Below, in pieces: positions 11,694 to 23,690 of a stretch of 64,000 nt of DNA. Source of the DNA: Schizochytrium sp. TIO01 (lineage: Eukaryota > Protista > Bigyra: Labyrinthulomycetes); contig SMSO01000014.1 of the NCBI GenBank assembly GCA_004764695.1, positions 6,314,029 through 6,378,028 on the forward strand, read 5' to 3'. How positions within the stretch are numbered: the first letter of the stretch is position 1; the number at the start of each line of letters is the position of its first letter. The translations under genes and the position numbers were made by a program. The notes under the pieces were generated by a model that was given only the letters and a program-made list of their open reading frames with translations, was not told the DNA's origin and ran no database searches.

Positions 11694-12242
11694 GGTCTTG
11701 ATCGAGTGGAAGGAAGCGAGAGCTCAGCCGGAGATGTAGGTCTACATAGGCGCCAAGCAGGCAGGGCAGCCGCAGGACAGACCGCCTTAATCCGGCCCCT
11801 ATCGCCATACTAACCACCTATCTATTAAGGTACCTTTTCGTCCATATTGCGCATATTAGAAGGCGATCGGAGGGCGGCAAGCAATAAAAGAGAGGACTCA
11901 GACTGTTGATGATAATGATGGCACCAGAAGAGGCAAGGGAGCACTCAAGGACTTGACAGCAGCGCAAGGAGGTGGACTGGGATGGGGATGGGGGTTTAGA
12001 AGGCGTGGGCGACCTCGTGTGAAGTTGGCAGGCTCTGGGGATCAATTTTGCCAATTTGTGGCACATTTGGAGTAGATTAGCAGGGCAATAGCAATAGGGG
12101 ACAGAAGCTAGTAGTTGTAGGGGTCTTATTAGTAGGAATTATAAAAGTGAAAGTTATTGAAAGAGTTTTGGAGCATGTGTACAAAAATGGGAATGAAAGC
12201 ACCCGACAGCAAATCGGGAATTGAGGAGGGCTTCTGATACTA

Positions 12243-13268
12243 ATGAGCTCAAGTGGAGATAACGTGGAGAAGATGGAGGCGGCGCCGTCTGCAGCAGCTC
12301 GGCTTCTGAAGCTTCTGCAAAAGTCTGTCGGTAGATCCAAAGCAGATGGCGAGTCTGATGGCGATGCTGGACCTGGGAGCGACCTTGTTCTGGTCCCTGC
12401 TGCTTATGACGCACTGAGCGCAAAACTTGTGCAAGAGGCTGGATTTCCAGCTGTTTTTAGTGCAGGATACGCTATGGCAGCCAGCAGAGGCATGCCTGAT
12501 ACAGGATTGATCTCGTTTCGTGAGATTGTGGATGCACATCAGTTCATGTGCGAGGCTGTTGCCGACAAATTCCCCGTTATCGCGGATGGAGACGATGGCT
12601 ATGGCAATGCCATGAATGTTAAGCGCACTGTGAAATCATTCCACAGAGTTGGTGTTGCCATGGTGATGCTCGAAGACCAGGTGGCCCCGAAGCAATGTGG
12701 GCACACGGAAGGAAAGCAGGTCGTTTCGCACGAAGAGGCAGTACAGAAGATCCGTGCCGCTTGTGATGCCCGTGATGAACTCCGCATGGAACGTGGCCTG
12801 CGTGAAGATGACCCTGGAATTCTTATCCTAGCAAGAACCGACGCTCGCGGACCTCTGGGGCTTGAAGAGGCCATTTCTCGTTGCAAAGACTTTCTTGAAG
12901 CTGGCGCAGATGCCACTTTTCTTGAGGCTCCCCAGTCCATTGAGGAGATGAAAACGTATTGCGAGCAAGTTCCTGGCATCAAGATGGCCAACATGCTCAC
13001 ACGTGGCAAGACCCCAAGCTTGTCAGGCCAACAGCTTCGTGAAATTGGATTTACCTTCGCAGCGTACCCATTTGACCTTTTGCTAGCAGCTAAGGATGCC
13101 GTCAAGCGCTGCCTTGTGGAGCTTAAGGATCAAACGAAGGCGCCCGAGACACCACCTGCAGACTCTGTTGAGGAGCTCTGGGAGCTTACTGGATTCCGTA
13201 GCTATGAACGCGAGGAGGTCAAGTATGCCTGCAAGGAGGCCAAGCGTGCACGACTCAGTCAAAAATAG
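12243..13268 (+). CDS. Isocitrate lyase/PEP mutase superfamily lyase (2-methylisocitrate / 2,3-dimethylmalate lyase-like)
   Basis: Motifs [46 protein letters not shown] and [10 protein letters not shown]. Confidence 0.9.
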   Translation: MSSSGDNVEKMEAAPSAAARLLKLLQKSVGRSKADGESDGDAGPGSDLVLVPAAYDALSAKLVQEAGFPAVFSAGYAMAASRGMPDTGLISFREIVDAHQFMCEAVADKFPVIADGDDGYGNAMNVKRTVKSFHRVGVAMVMLEDQVAPKQCGHTEGKQVVSHEEAVQKIRAACDARDELRMERGLREDDPGILILARTDARGPLGLEEAISRCKDFLEAGADATFLEAPQSIEEMKTYCEQVPGIKMANMLTRGKTPSLSGQQLREIGFTFAAYPFDLLLAAKDAVKRCLVELKDQTKAPETPPADSVEELWELTGFRSYEREEVKYACKEAKRARLSQK

Positions 13269-14508
13269 GTGTTTTAGGTCTGCCATCATAGGCGTAGTGG
13301 AATCCATTCTTTAGACGGGGGGCCATGATGAGAAACCTACACTGTAGGTCTTTCTCTACAATCATGATTGCCCCTGCGTTGTCAAATTCTCCACAGTAGT
13401 TTGGTGCAGTAAACAGGGTCACGAGTTGCCGATCTGCGAAGAGCTCATATCCTGCTTCCACAACTTGATGAGCTCGGACAAGTAAGTCGAACTTATGTTT
13501 TCGTAGAAAGGCTTTTACAACGTCTGCCCCGAAATTATATGAGATTCCTCGATCACTTTCCGCCCAACCACGCACATCTGCATCTGGATCACTCCACAGG
13601 AAGTCGATAAGCATTCCTCGCGGAGGCACAGCCAGAGGCCTTTCCATTACCTCGATTTGGTTTAGGTCCTCTAGCAATGGCGACAGCCCGCCGTGGATGC
13701 AAAAAACCCTCTCTTCAATAATTGCGGCGATAGGAAGTGTTGCGAAAAATCGATTGTGTGCGTCCCAGGTTCTTGTAGTGAATCGTCGCTTGCATTCTGC
13801 GAAAAATCCGTAAACTCGGTTGATTGATTCGCACTCGTGATTTCCACGCAACATGAAGATATGATTAGGAAATCGGACCTTCAGAGCAAGCAAAAGCATC
13901 ATGCACTCAAGTCCATTACGACCTCGGTCCACATAGTCTCCAAGAAAAAGATAGCTCTGTTCAGGAGGATATCCACCAAGCTCGAAAACGCGTAACAAAT
14001 CTACGTATTGTCCATGAATGTCACCAACGATGCGAATGGGTGCTCGTAGCCTGAGCAACGTTGGCTGCGAGAGTGTGGCACGCCCTGCTTTTTGTAGTAG
14101 CCAAATCATTTCTCTTTCGGGCAAATCTACCTCGATGTCACCTATTTTTGCAACATTGAACGAGAGACAGCGATGCACCGCTTTTGCAGCTCTTTTGTCC
14201 TCTGGGATTTTTAGACATTCCAATTTGAGATTCCAGTTTGATGATCAATTTATATTCGCCATATCATTAGTTTCAAAAAGTTGAGTTGGTCAGTCACACT
14301 TGCATATCCTGTTTGCCTCATCAGAAGGCCTAGGCTTGTAGCTTGATCTTCTACTTGCCAGGGTAGACTTACCTTCAGGTGATAGCGTGTATGGGCCATC
14401 AACGCTTCCTTCTGAGTACGAAAACTGTGAGGTGCTAACTTTGCTCTCAAGCTCCGACCCGCTCGACGCTTCATTGTTTACATCGCGTTTGCCGAAGATT
14501 AAGGACAT
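13255..14508 (-). CDS. Ser/Thr protein phosphatase PP1-like catalytic subunit; exons 14508-14373 and 14201-13255
   Basis: GDIHGQ, GDYVDRG, LRGNHE, HGGLSP, RAHQVV and [11 protein letters not shown] motifs. A phase-1 intron (G|gtaagt ... cccag|AG) joins the ATG exon at 14508 in frame. Confidence 0.9.
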
Positions 14509-16942
14509 CGCTCACGCGCTTGGAGGGAAATTGTAGTTTGTTCGGCCTTTCCGTGCACGGCAGAACAATGGCGGCTATTCTTCCGAGCTATAGCTTTCGT
14601 TGATACAGGGGCGGCTACCTCACCCGTGGGCTCTCTTCGGAAGGGCTTTGTATGCCGTGGGTTGCCTGGCCGTTGAGGTTCGAGCTTTCGCAGATTAATC
14701 AAATATTCTGTTCTTTCTCAGCTATCAAGGTTGAGGACACCCGGAAGGGATCCGCGGGCGCTCTTGCAATTGCTCTCCAGTTCGCGTACTCCAGCCTCAG
14801 CAAGCACAATAGAAGTCTGCCTGCGCTAATTACTGTGCCGAGCAGCAATTGGTCTCTTATTGGCTTATCAGCCTTGGGTTTGCAACACCTCTGCCTTTTA
14901 TTATATTATTGGGTAAAGAAAGCTAGATATCTCTCGGTCTAAGTTTAACACCATAGGAACGTTAGTTAGTGCACAATCGTTATCCCATAATCAAGCAAGT
15001 AACCAAATGCGGCTCGCCCGTTTTCATACTTACCAGAAGTATAGGTACTTCAAGAGCTTCTACCAAAGTGTCCCAGTTCAGGACTCTTGCAAGCTGTTGA
15101 TTTGGTGCTCTACCTGATCGCTTGGAATTCTATCGAGTGTCCTAAAGAGCTTTTGCCAGCTTTCCCTGAGCCTCTCCAAATAATCTTGGTTGCCCACCTA
15201 CCCGGCCCCTCCCTCGATTTCGTGTCTCCCCAAACAATCTAGGCGCCTCATTCGTCTACCTGAGTTTATTCATATCGCACCTCCTGTGCAATTTATCATG
15301 GAGAGCCGTTGAACCCTTGCACCACAACTCCCCTGCTTGCCCTCCCCTATGCTGTTACAAAAACGGCGTTTTAAAAAGTGCGCCTCTGTGGACTAAGCTT
15401 CCAGTTCCGCTCCGCCTCAGCAGAGGAAGAAGTCGTAAAAGACATACAGACGCACGCTCAATCAATCGATACGGAAACAAAGCACCGCCCGCTCAGGTCG
15501 ATATCTTCAAGACCTTGAGGCCTTCATTCAGAGATTGTGGTGTAGAAAGCAGCTCTTGGAAAGAACCAAGCGCAAGATGCGCCATGGTCCTCGTGTCAGT
15601 TTCCATGTAAAGTGCTGTCAACTCCACAATCCTAATCAGAGGCATAACATCAAATGTTTAGAAAGGTTAACAAAGCGCAATGAATGAATGAATGAATGAA
15701 TGCCAAACAGAGTACGCTTTAGAACGAACTCGCAACACATGGGTGGATGTGAGGTATCCCGAGTTCGCTTCGCTCGGCGTCACTGATGTGCCACAGAAGC
15801 ATGGATCAAGCAAGGGTGCTTGCACGCCAAAGCAAGGGCCGACGCGATGAAACTCTACAATGCATGGGCAACGAATCAGATGAACGATTGATTCAGGACT
15901 TAGATTTATTTGGGTTAAACACTCTCTGTCTATAATGATCATGAATGAATGAATCTCTTCACCCATCATCAACAAATTATTATTATTGATTATTGATTAA
16001 TTGCTATTTATTACAGTGTACTATTTTACCGCAAATTGTATTAATTTAATTTCTAAAAGGTTTTTGCCTTCGTCAGTTCTTCCGCTTCACTGTCGCTTCG
16101 GTGCAGAACCTTCCATGACTCGAATGTCTCCATTTGCTTTATGTGTGCCTGTCCACAGAAGGTAGGGAGGTAGGTACCTACGTTTCTGGTGGTGGTTCTT
16201 GCCTGTCTTAAACATAGATAGATTTAGAACCTTTGTCGTCTGTGACTCAAGTTTTCAGTCTGACCAATTGATCAATCAATCGACCAATCAAACAAACAAT
16301 TGCAAACGAACAACTCTTTTTTCTTCTCTTTATATATATATTATTATTTTAATTTTGTTTTTCTTCATTGGAATTCATTTTCTTATTTTAAAAAATAAAT
16401 AAAAAAAAATCTTTCTCTATAAAACTTGAAAAAAAAATAAAAAATAAAAAAACTTTTCTCGTGTTATAAATGTGTTTCTTTGATGAAGCAAAACGTCGAA
16501 TCAAACGAACAAAGTAAAACACTCTGCACGAATCACTGTCCCATCGTGTACGCTCGCATCGTGCTCAATTGGCCGAACAAATGCTGGCGCCCCACTTTCC
16601 AACACAGCTTTCGAGCTCCGCTTGTTAAGCATCGCCATGTGTCTCGCCTCTTGGCCTCTTGGATTAGGTTAGATTCAGGTGAAAACTTTTCCGGTCCTCC
16701 TTTAAACAAATGCAAAGAGAACTCGACACACGAGAGAACAAAAGGGAAGAAAAGAGAGAGAAAGAAAGAAAGATTACTAATGAATGAACGATCAACTTCG
16801 ATGAGAATGAGGTTTTTGATGAATCGTAATTGATTGCTCTCAGCCAGACCTACAATCTCTCGCTCAAGCCTCTCAAGCGGCGAGGGGCGTGCCTCCTGTC
16901 TCGCAGTCTCCCTTGGGGCCTGGGGTCCCTGAATCTTATGCG

Positions 16943-19462
16943 ATGCGTGCGTGGCAGCTAGTGCGCGGGCTAGGCGTTTCACAGCGGCAGGTCGTGCAGG
17001 TCATTGGACGCAGTCTCGCGCGGCAACAGAAAGGTCTGCGATGGTACCACGTGGTGCTCGCGGTATACGTGGGCCTGCTGTGGCGCTCCATGCGCAGAGC
17101 AAGCCTCGTGAATGGTGGCGAGTACTGGCGCGAACTTCACCGCCGCGGCAATGCTTGGCGGACCTTCGTGGCGGCGCACGCGTCTCTGTGGAGGTATATT
17201 ATCACCAAGGCGAGCTTGGGAGCGCTGATCCTTCGCAGCCTCACCGCTCAAGCAACCTTTGTGCCCAGGTATGCAGCTAGCTTCATGGAGAAGCAGTCTG
17301 CGGCCATCCAGCAAGGACTCCAAACTCGCGTCGAGAACTTTCTTGACCAACAGATGGACGTTGTCGGCGAGAAGTTCAAGGGCCTCGTCAAGGACCCTTA
17401 CATGCCAATTCAAATCCAGTCTACAATCGACGATTTTGTTGACGTTCTCCTCCCTGATATCAAACTTGCACTTTTTACCAAGACCAACGAATACATTTCT
17501 GCATACAGAGCAAAACGATCTCCAAGGCGCAGAAGAGCATCCGAGGCGCCCCCATTCAAAAAGAAACAGAAAAAGGCTGGCAAAGGCCAAGAAGAAGGGA
17601 TCATGAACGAGGAGCAGCGGAAAGAAGCAGAAGAGCAGAAGGCAGAAATGGAGATTGATCGAGTTTTGGATTCACTCATGGAGGATGTTGACGAGGATTC
17701 AGATTATGGATCCCAAGACGACTTGGACCTCGAGCATGACGATGACGATGACGATGACGATGAAGAAGATGCTGATGACGACGACGGTGATGGTAACGAT
17801 GGAGAGGAGAGTGAAGAGGAGGAAAGTTCGGGTATTGATTCAAGCAGTGAAACGGTTGCGTCGACAAGTGGGGATGATGATAGCGATAAAGAGAAAGAAA
17901 AAGATTCAGCATTGAACACTTTTAAAGTGCTCTCGTTATCTCGAAGAGCAGGACAAGCTCGTAGACTCTGCTGGAGATGGCATCGACGCTGGATGCGTCG
18001 CAGCAAGCGACGCCAACGAAGTAGCGTATGCTTTAAACGACCTACGAGGGCAACTATTCGTCGCACTGCACGCGGAGTGCGAGCCTGGACTCTGTATACA
18101 CTTGCACCTTTTGACCGTAGCTTTTGGCGCTCTATTCGCAACCCGTGGTATATTGTCTTGCAAATCGTCGGCCTCATCCCGGGACTAGGTATGCTCTGGT
18201 GGCTCTTCATTTTTGTCTTACACGATAAACGCGATGAGTTTCAACTGTCTCAGTTTATCGTCGGGTTTCAGGCTGCAAAATTTTTCTCACAGGGATGCTT
18301 TAATTTGATTCGTGGGGCATTTTTCTACTTTATTTGCGCAAATCGCCTTCAGCCCACTTGTGACACAGATGGGCCGATGGTTAAGTACTTAGATGCTTTA
18401 TTCTTTGCTGTTCAGATCATCATCGTTTGGCTCACCTTCTTCATTCTGCCTTATTCTGAGCCTTGTCGTGCTGTCAACGATCCGCGAGATGCCCATTTGC
18501 TTGATGAAGCACGTACGGACCGTAACCAAGCTGCCTTAAGGGCTAAAGTTCGCCTTGGTCGTGGCGGCCGACTTCGGCATTTATTCTGGTGGGACACAGT
18601 AGCTGTATGTCTTGTGCTAGCTCTCAGCGCGGTAGCTTATTTTATTGTTGAGCTTCGCGGCTGGCAGCTACGCTCCACTCTTTACTGGCTAAGTACGATA
18701 TATGGTCTGACAGCTATGCCATTTATCTTATTTAAGCTTCCTATTATGGGCAACCTCTTAACGCCAACCAAGGCTACAGGATACACGAGAAAAGGTTATA
18801 CTGTTCTACGCGTAATCCCTCCGCCCCCGCGTCCTCTTTTGGAATACCAAGAACGTCTTTTGAATATGAACTCTCAGGAACAGTCCCGTGAACAATCCCA
18901 GGTGCATACTGCGAATAACGAAGAGCACGCTGAAGATGGTTCGGCTTCTGAAGACGGTGGGATGCATCTTCTGCAGCCTGAGGACGACGATGCTGATTTG
19001 GATGATGATTCTAACTCTAATGGAGGAGGTCTTCATGCAAAGCTCCTGCCTATTACTGAGGAAGAGCCTTTCCACGGGCTCAAAGCTACAATCGCTAAAC
19101 TTTCATCTCCAATTTCGGGGAGCAGTGTTAGCACTGAGCTTAGCCATGCTCCAAGCGACCACTCAGATGAAGTAGATCATTCGGCAAGTACTCTTGACCA
19201 TGAACTCAGTCATCATGGTCGGTTTTTCTTGCCCGATAAGTATGAGCAACGCTATGGCGACTATCATGAGCCTGAAGAGGAGGAGAGTTTGCAAAGCCCC
19301 ACAAGCCAGCCTGATTATGCCCGCGTCGGTATCCAGGACGTTACAGCTGAAGTTGCGGCTCGTACAAATCTCAACCATACTAATTCTCAACTTTTGTTCA
19401 ATCTCCGCCGCCTTCGAAGCTCTTCTTCGCTCTTCGACGATGCTCGATCAGCTTATGGTTGA
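16943..19462 (+). CDS. Uncharacterised multi-pass membrane protein with a long acidic tract
   Basis: About 840-aa ORF from the first ATG at 16943. Contains a D/E-rich tract, a basic stretch and about 5-6 hydrophobic segments. Confidence 0.75.
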   Translation: MRAWQLVRGLGVSQRQVVQVIGRSLARQQKGLRWYHVVLAVYVGLLWRSMRRASLVNGGEYWRELHRRGNAWRTFVAAHASLWRYIITKASLGALILRSLTAQATFVPRYAASFMEKQSAAIQQGLQTRVENFLDQQMDVVGEKFKGLVKDPYMPIQIQSTIDDFVDVLLPDIKLALFTKTNEYISAYRAKRSPRRRRASEAPPFKKKQKKAGKGQEEGIMNEEQRKEAEEQKAEMEIDRVLDSLMEDVDEDSDYGSQDDLDLEHDDDDDDDDEEDADDDDGDGNDGEESEEEESSGIDSSSETVASTSGDDDSDKEKEKDSALNTFKVLSLSRRAGQARRLCWRWHRRWMRRSKRRQRSSVCFKRPTRATIRRTARGVRAWTLYTLAPFDRSFWRSIRNPWYIVLQIVGLIPGLGMLWWLFIFVLHDKRDEFQLSQFIVGFQAAKFFSQGCFNLIRGAFFYFICANRLQPTCDTDGPMVKYLDALFFAVQIIIVWLTFFILPYSEPCRAVNDPRDAHLLDEARTDRNQAALRAKVRLGRGGRLRHLFWWDTVAVCLVLALSAVAYFIVELRGWQLRSTLYWLSTIYGLTAMPFILFKLPIMGNLLTPTKATGYTRKGYTVLRVIPPPPRPLLEYQERLLNMNSQEQSREQSQVHTANNEEHAEDGSASEDGGMHLLQPEDDDADLDDDSNSNGGGLHAKLLPITEEEPFHGLKATIAKLSSPISGSSVSTELSHAPSDHSDEVDHSASTLDHELSHHGRFFLPDKYEQRYGDYHEPEEEESLQSPTSQPDYARVGIQDVTAEVAARTNLNHTNSQLLFNLRRLRSSSSLFDDARSAYG

Positions 19463-20199
19463 TTTCGCCGTCTTTATCTAAATATAATATTGCACAGGCC
19501 CATACACCCCCCTAAAAACACACTTGTAATCTTTTACCACATGTTTATTAAAATAATAAGTTTCTATCTACTAGAGTAAGAAATTGCTTGTTACTGAATC
19601 ATGCCTTTCCTTGAAGCTGTCTTTGGATTTTCTTTTACGTCAAAAACGGGAAATTTTTCTAAGGACAAAGACACAATTGTCTTTGCTCGTATCCTTTTTC
19701 GGAAAAGGTGGAAAACGTAATATTAAGCACAAGTAGGCATTGTGAATTCTTTCGATGTAAATGGAACGTATAGGAGATATCACATATTCATATTATTCAC
19801 AACCTCTTCGTGAAAAATTGGATAAAAAACGCAACTAGGCCATCATCATTTTGCCTCTGTAGCGCTGGGCATCCTGGGTTGTCAGTTCAATGCACCGTGT
19901 TTATGTCTTGGCTTGCGAGACGATTTCTTATGCGTATTTGAGTGTACTCCCAAATTGTCAGCTTTTTCCTTTTTTTTTTCTTTTTTCTTTTTTTTTCATT
20001 TTCCCCCACTCTGTTTAAGACAAACATAAACACAAACGGAAAGGGGAAATAACGTGGAGTCCGGCTCATTGAATATACCATATGTGTTCTACTTTATCAA
20101 CGATAAACCTGACTAAACAATTTGCAATATCATCGTACATTGCTTCACAATGAGCCAAAATGAAATCGATCCTGCTCAAAACTAATACAGATGAATGAA

Positions 20200-21204
20200 T
20201 TAATCCATGGCATCAAGGATTAATAGAAGGATTGATGCAACAGCAAAGAAAATAATCACATACTTGCGGAAGTTCGAGTTGTGGTTTTTAGCGCTGTGTA
20301 ATTGGTCTGTTGCAGAGTCCATATAGTTCGTGCTTGTTTGCACATCCTTGAAAATATTATTTACCGATTCGCTCTGCTCTACAATCTTCTCATTAAATAA
20401 TGAAAGCAATTGCGAGAATTCATTCATTTGTTGCTCTGCTTGTTTAACAGCCTCCAGCTCACGCTCCAAACGTGCTCTCAACGCAGTTTGTTCTGTCTGG
20501 AGCTCATGCATCATCCCCTCATCAAACACATCATCCTCGTCACTGTCCAAATCGCTCTCATACGCGTTATACTCTGAATTCACCCTTGAGCTGGTCTTGC
20601 TCTCCGTTACATTCATTCTTCTTCTTCTCAGGCCTTCGTGACTAGGGTCTGCCTTGGCTCTGTCATTTTTTTGTGCTTCTTTCACAAGTTGTCCTATTTT
20701 TGCGTCTTGTGCTTTACCATCGTTTGCAAAAAGTGCTTTTCGGGATGTCGATGTGTGTCGTAATCTGAGCAATTGTAGTTCTCCGGATGCCTTGGTAACC
20801 TCCTGTAGCAGCTCATAAAGATGTTGCACAACGGCCTGTCGGTGTGCTAGTAGCGAACCTGGCCTAGCTGGACCAAGGGCCACGAGATCTTCGCGAACGG
20901 AGTCTACACGCGCTCTTTCGGATGCCACAAGTGCTGACATTTTGGAGTCGAAGGCATCGCGCTCCTCGTCTGTGAGGCCTCTTGGACCGCCACTCTGAGT
21001 GCTTACGAACGTTGAATACGCCTCTGCGACACCTTGCACTGTCTTCTGCGCGCTTTGAAGCTTGCGTAGCGTATCGCAGGTCTCTGTGACGAAGGATCCT
21101 GGTGCCGGAGTAGTTGCCTGCGAAGTCTGTCGCCGAGCGGCACGCCGATTAAGAGCAGTCTCTGCGCGCTCTACGGCGGCGAGAAATCTCCCGCTGGCGT
21201 CCAT
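20200..21204 (-). CDS. STX18: Syntaxin-18/Ufe1 (ER Qa-SNARE)
   Basis: N-terminal MDASGRF, LTDEERDAFD, H...VVQHL, SNARE heptads with a central Q (IVEQSE), and a C-terminal TM anchor. Confidence 0.85.
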   Translation of the reverse strand: MDASGRFLAAVERAETALNRRAARRQTSQATTPAPGSFVTETCDTLRKLQSAQKTVQGVAEAYSTFVSTQSGGPRGLTDEERDAFDSKMSALVASERARVDSVREDLVALGPARPGSLLAHRQAVVQHLYELLQEVTKASGELQLLRLRHTSTSRKALFANDGKAQDAKIGQLVKEAQKNDRAKADPSHEGLRRRRMNVTESKTSSRVNSEYNAYESDLDSDEDDVFDEGMMHELQTEQTALRARLERELEAVKQAEQQMNEFSQLLSLFNEKIVEQSESVNNIFKDVQTSTNYMDSATDQLHSAKNHNSNFRKYVIIFFAVASILLLILDAMD

Positions 21205-22250
21205 AGCGAAAGCAAGAGAGTCACAGGTAAATGTGGTGCAGAAGCGTAGCAAGATTTAGGAGATCGATCGAGCTCAAGGTTTTGGCTGATTCTCCAAGCT
21301 GTAATCTTTCTCTCAATAATCTAGGCGTCTCAAGAGGCAGATACTACTTAGGTAGGTCCTATTACTGATAGTACTAGCTACTTTTGATGATCTTCGTTTC
21401 TTTTCCATTTTTCCTTAAACTTTTGTAATCTGGTAAGGCTGCACTCTCAGAACCAGGATGTAACATTTGCAGAGGCGTATGTAGGCGGTAGGTACTACAA
21501 GAGGCGCGTGCAGAATACAGTCAGAATTTACTTGCAAGAATTGTTTTTTGTAAGCATTGATAACTATATCTATGTCGTTGCGGTTTCAAGTGGCAGGGTG
21601 CTCGAAACACTCGGTCATGTTGCGATATTTGAGAACATATGAATATTGCTCTCATGATTGCTCAGAACAACCTCAGCGTCACAAAGTTCTTATTATTAGC
21701 GCATGGCCGAGAACATCTCGATGAGGTAGAACAGTGACGTAGAGACAGCCTGGTTATTGCTCATAGACTCAAGTCAAATTCTGTAATCAGAATTTGATTC
21801 ACAACAATATTCGACTGGCATCCACAGGAAGTTGGGACTAACTTTGGCGGACATGACTGGTGACACAAACCAAAGTCAAATAAGATCTGAAATCAAAGTA
21901 TCATCTCCACTAATAGACACAAGTCATGAAGCGTCCTGCTTGACTAAAATATTTCATTGTGCCAAAAGGGTTATTCGCCGTCATAAATTGATACTTCAAA
22001 AATCTTTCCCAAATTCAGTTGTTAAATTTGAGACTAGGAAGAAGCAATTGATGGACTCCAAGCACGTAAGATTTATGTTCTGTAAGTGAACTTCAAGCGT
22101 ACAAGATAAAAAAGAACGGGAAAAGGGGGCAGATGTATCAAAGATTTACGCAAAAAAGGGGGTTGAGATAGGATATGCAACTTGCAACTGATATCATGGG
22201 GCAGAGTATGAAACTCCGACTGTTCAACAGGTGCAAGATTGAGTCAAAGG

Positions 22251-23690
22251 TCAGTCTGCAGGCGCAGAAGTTGCGGGAACTGCAGACGGGTAGAAAAGGT
22301 CAAAACGAACACAGACAACCGAAATGTTGTCCTGGGAACCGTGTCGGAAAGCAGATGAACGAAGCTTATGAGCAGCGCGTGTAGGATCAGTCACATACCG
22401 AAGCTTGCGTGCCACATCACGCGAACCTATTTTTTCCCACAATCCATCACAGCCAAGAATTAACCATGCGTAACGAGCTGACTCAAACTTGGGTTCGTGA
22501 TCAAGAGGCTGAAGATGGTGCACCGCGAAGGTGGGCTCCGACGATACTGAAGGAACGTACTCGATATCGCCAAGTGCACGTGAGACAGCAAGGGTACCAA
22601 ATATGCGCCCATTGCTCGCAACAAAACCACCTGAGCTCTCGATGCGCTGACGCTCATCAAGGTCAGTGGGCGATATAACTCGAGAGAGCCAATGATGAGT
22701 ACCTCTTCCAGGATACATCAGCAAAGCTCGTGAATCGCCAACATTGGCCACATAAAGATCTCTGCCTGAAACGTATGAAACAATCGCACAGCTACCGTGT
22801 TTAATTTTCAAGTGCCGACACCTTGCCTGCAAGGCATGAAAAGCTCTTGATATGCACATAGTCACAGTTGCGTCGCGATTGGCGGCTTCATGGGCATCGA
22901 GAGCAGAATCGAGTTCGTTTTGCAGGGCCTCCGGATACCATGTCCGTACAAATTTTGCACACTGCACGCCACCATGGCCATCAAAGACACCAAAGAGAAA
23001 ATCTGACTTGCGTGGACCAAAGGATTTGCGCATGAGAACGAAGTCTTCCATAGTAGTCCTCCGTCCTCGGGTTTCAGCATATCCAAAAGCCACCTTGGAG
23101 TTATCAAGGAACGTCGAAGTTTGGCGTGCATGTGCAAACTGTGCAAGCGATGTTGAGCTAGCTTCAGGGCCAGTGTGTTGAGCTGGTCTAGCCCAACCAA
23201 AACTTTTTTTAGAATCGTCTGAAGAGCTACGCTTACCAAAACCCGCCATAGTGTGTCTTCCAGAAGTTTGAATACCATTCGACGTGACAGGTTCACGGCT
23301 AGGGAAAGGTGTTTCATCTCCGATTTGGGGTTGTGGGGATAGTAAGTTTGCACCAGTGTCTGGTAGCGTTGTGAGGCCCGCATTTGCAACCACTCTGCTC
23401 TGAGATTGTATTTCAAGACCGCTGCGGTTGTGATGATCCTGGATGTCCATATGGGAGGGTGCTACACCCATCGAATGAGGGTGGGCTTCCCTTTCAAACG
23501 CGGGGTTTCCTTGGCGAGAAGTAGATCTGTTAGACGATGAAGCACCATAGCTATCATCATCAGAGTCGCCATCATTTTCATAAAGATCAACGGAGCGACG
23601 AAATGATTGGGCATGCCTGCCATAACGCGTGGAGTTCCTGTTGAAATTCCCGCTGTGAATAATTTCCATGATGTCCATGCAGGTTGGTAC
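22251..23690 (-). CDS. PP2C (PPM) phosphatase domain, probably the C-terminal part of an LRR-PP2C protein
   Basis: Motifs RRTTMED, VFDGHGG, ANVGDSR, VSRALGD, GCDGLW and SQDNISV. Confidence 0.85.
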   Translation of the reverse strand, partial: VPTCMDIMEIIHSGNFNRNSTRYGRHAQSFRRSVDLYENDGDSDDDSYGASSSNRSTSRQGNPAFEREAHPHSMGVAPSHMDIQDHHNRSGLEIQSQSRVVANAGLTTLPDTGANLLSPQPQIGDETPFPSREPVTSNGIQTSGRHTMAGFGKRSSSDDSKKSFGWARPAQHTGPEASSTSLAQFAHARQTSTFLDNSKVAFGYAETRGRRTTMEDFVLMRKSFGPRKSDFLFGVFDGHGGVQCAKFVRTWYPEALQNELDSALDAHEAANRDATVTMCISRAFHALQARCRHLKIKHGSCAIVSYVSGRDLYVANVGDSRALLMYPGRGTHHWLSRVISPTDLDERQRIESSGGFVASNGRIFGTLAVSRALGDIEYVPSVSSEPTFAVHHLQPLDHEPKFESARYAWLILGCDGLWEKIGSRDVARKLRYVTDPTRAAHKLRSSAFRHGSQDNISVVCVRFDLFYPSAVPATSAPAD

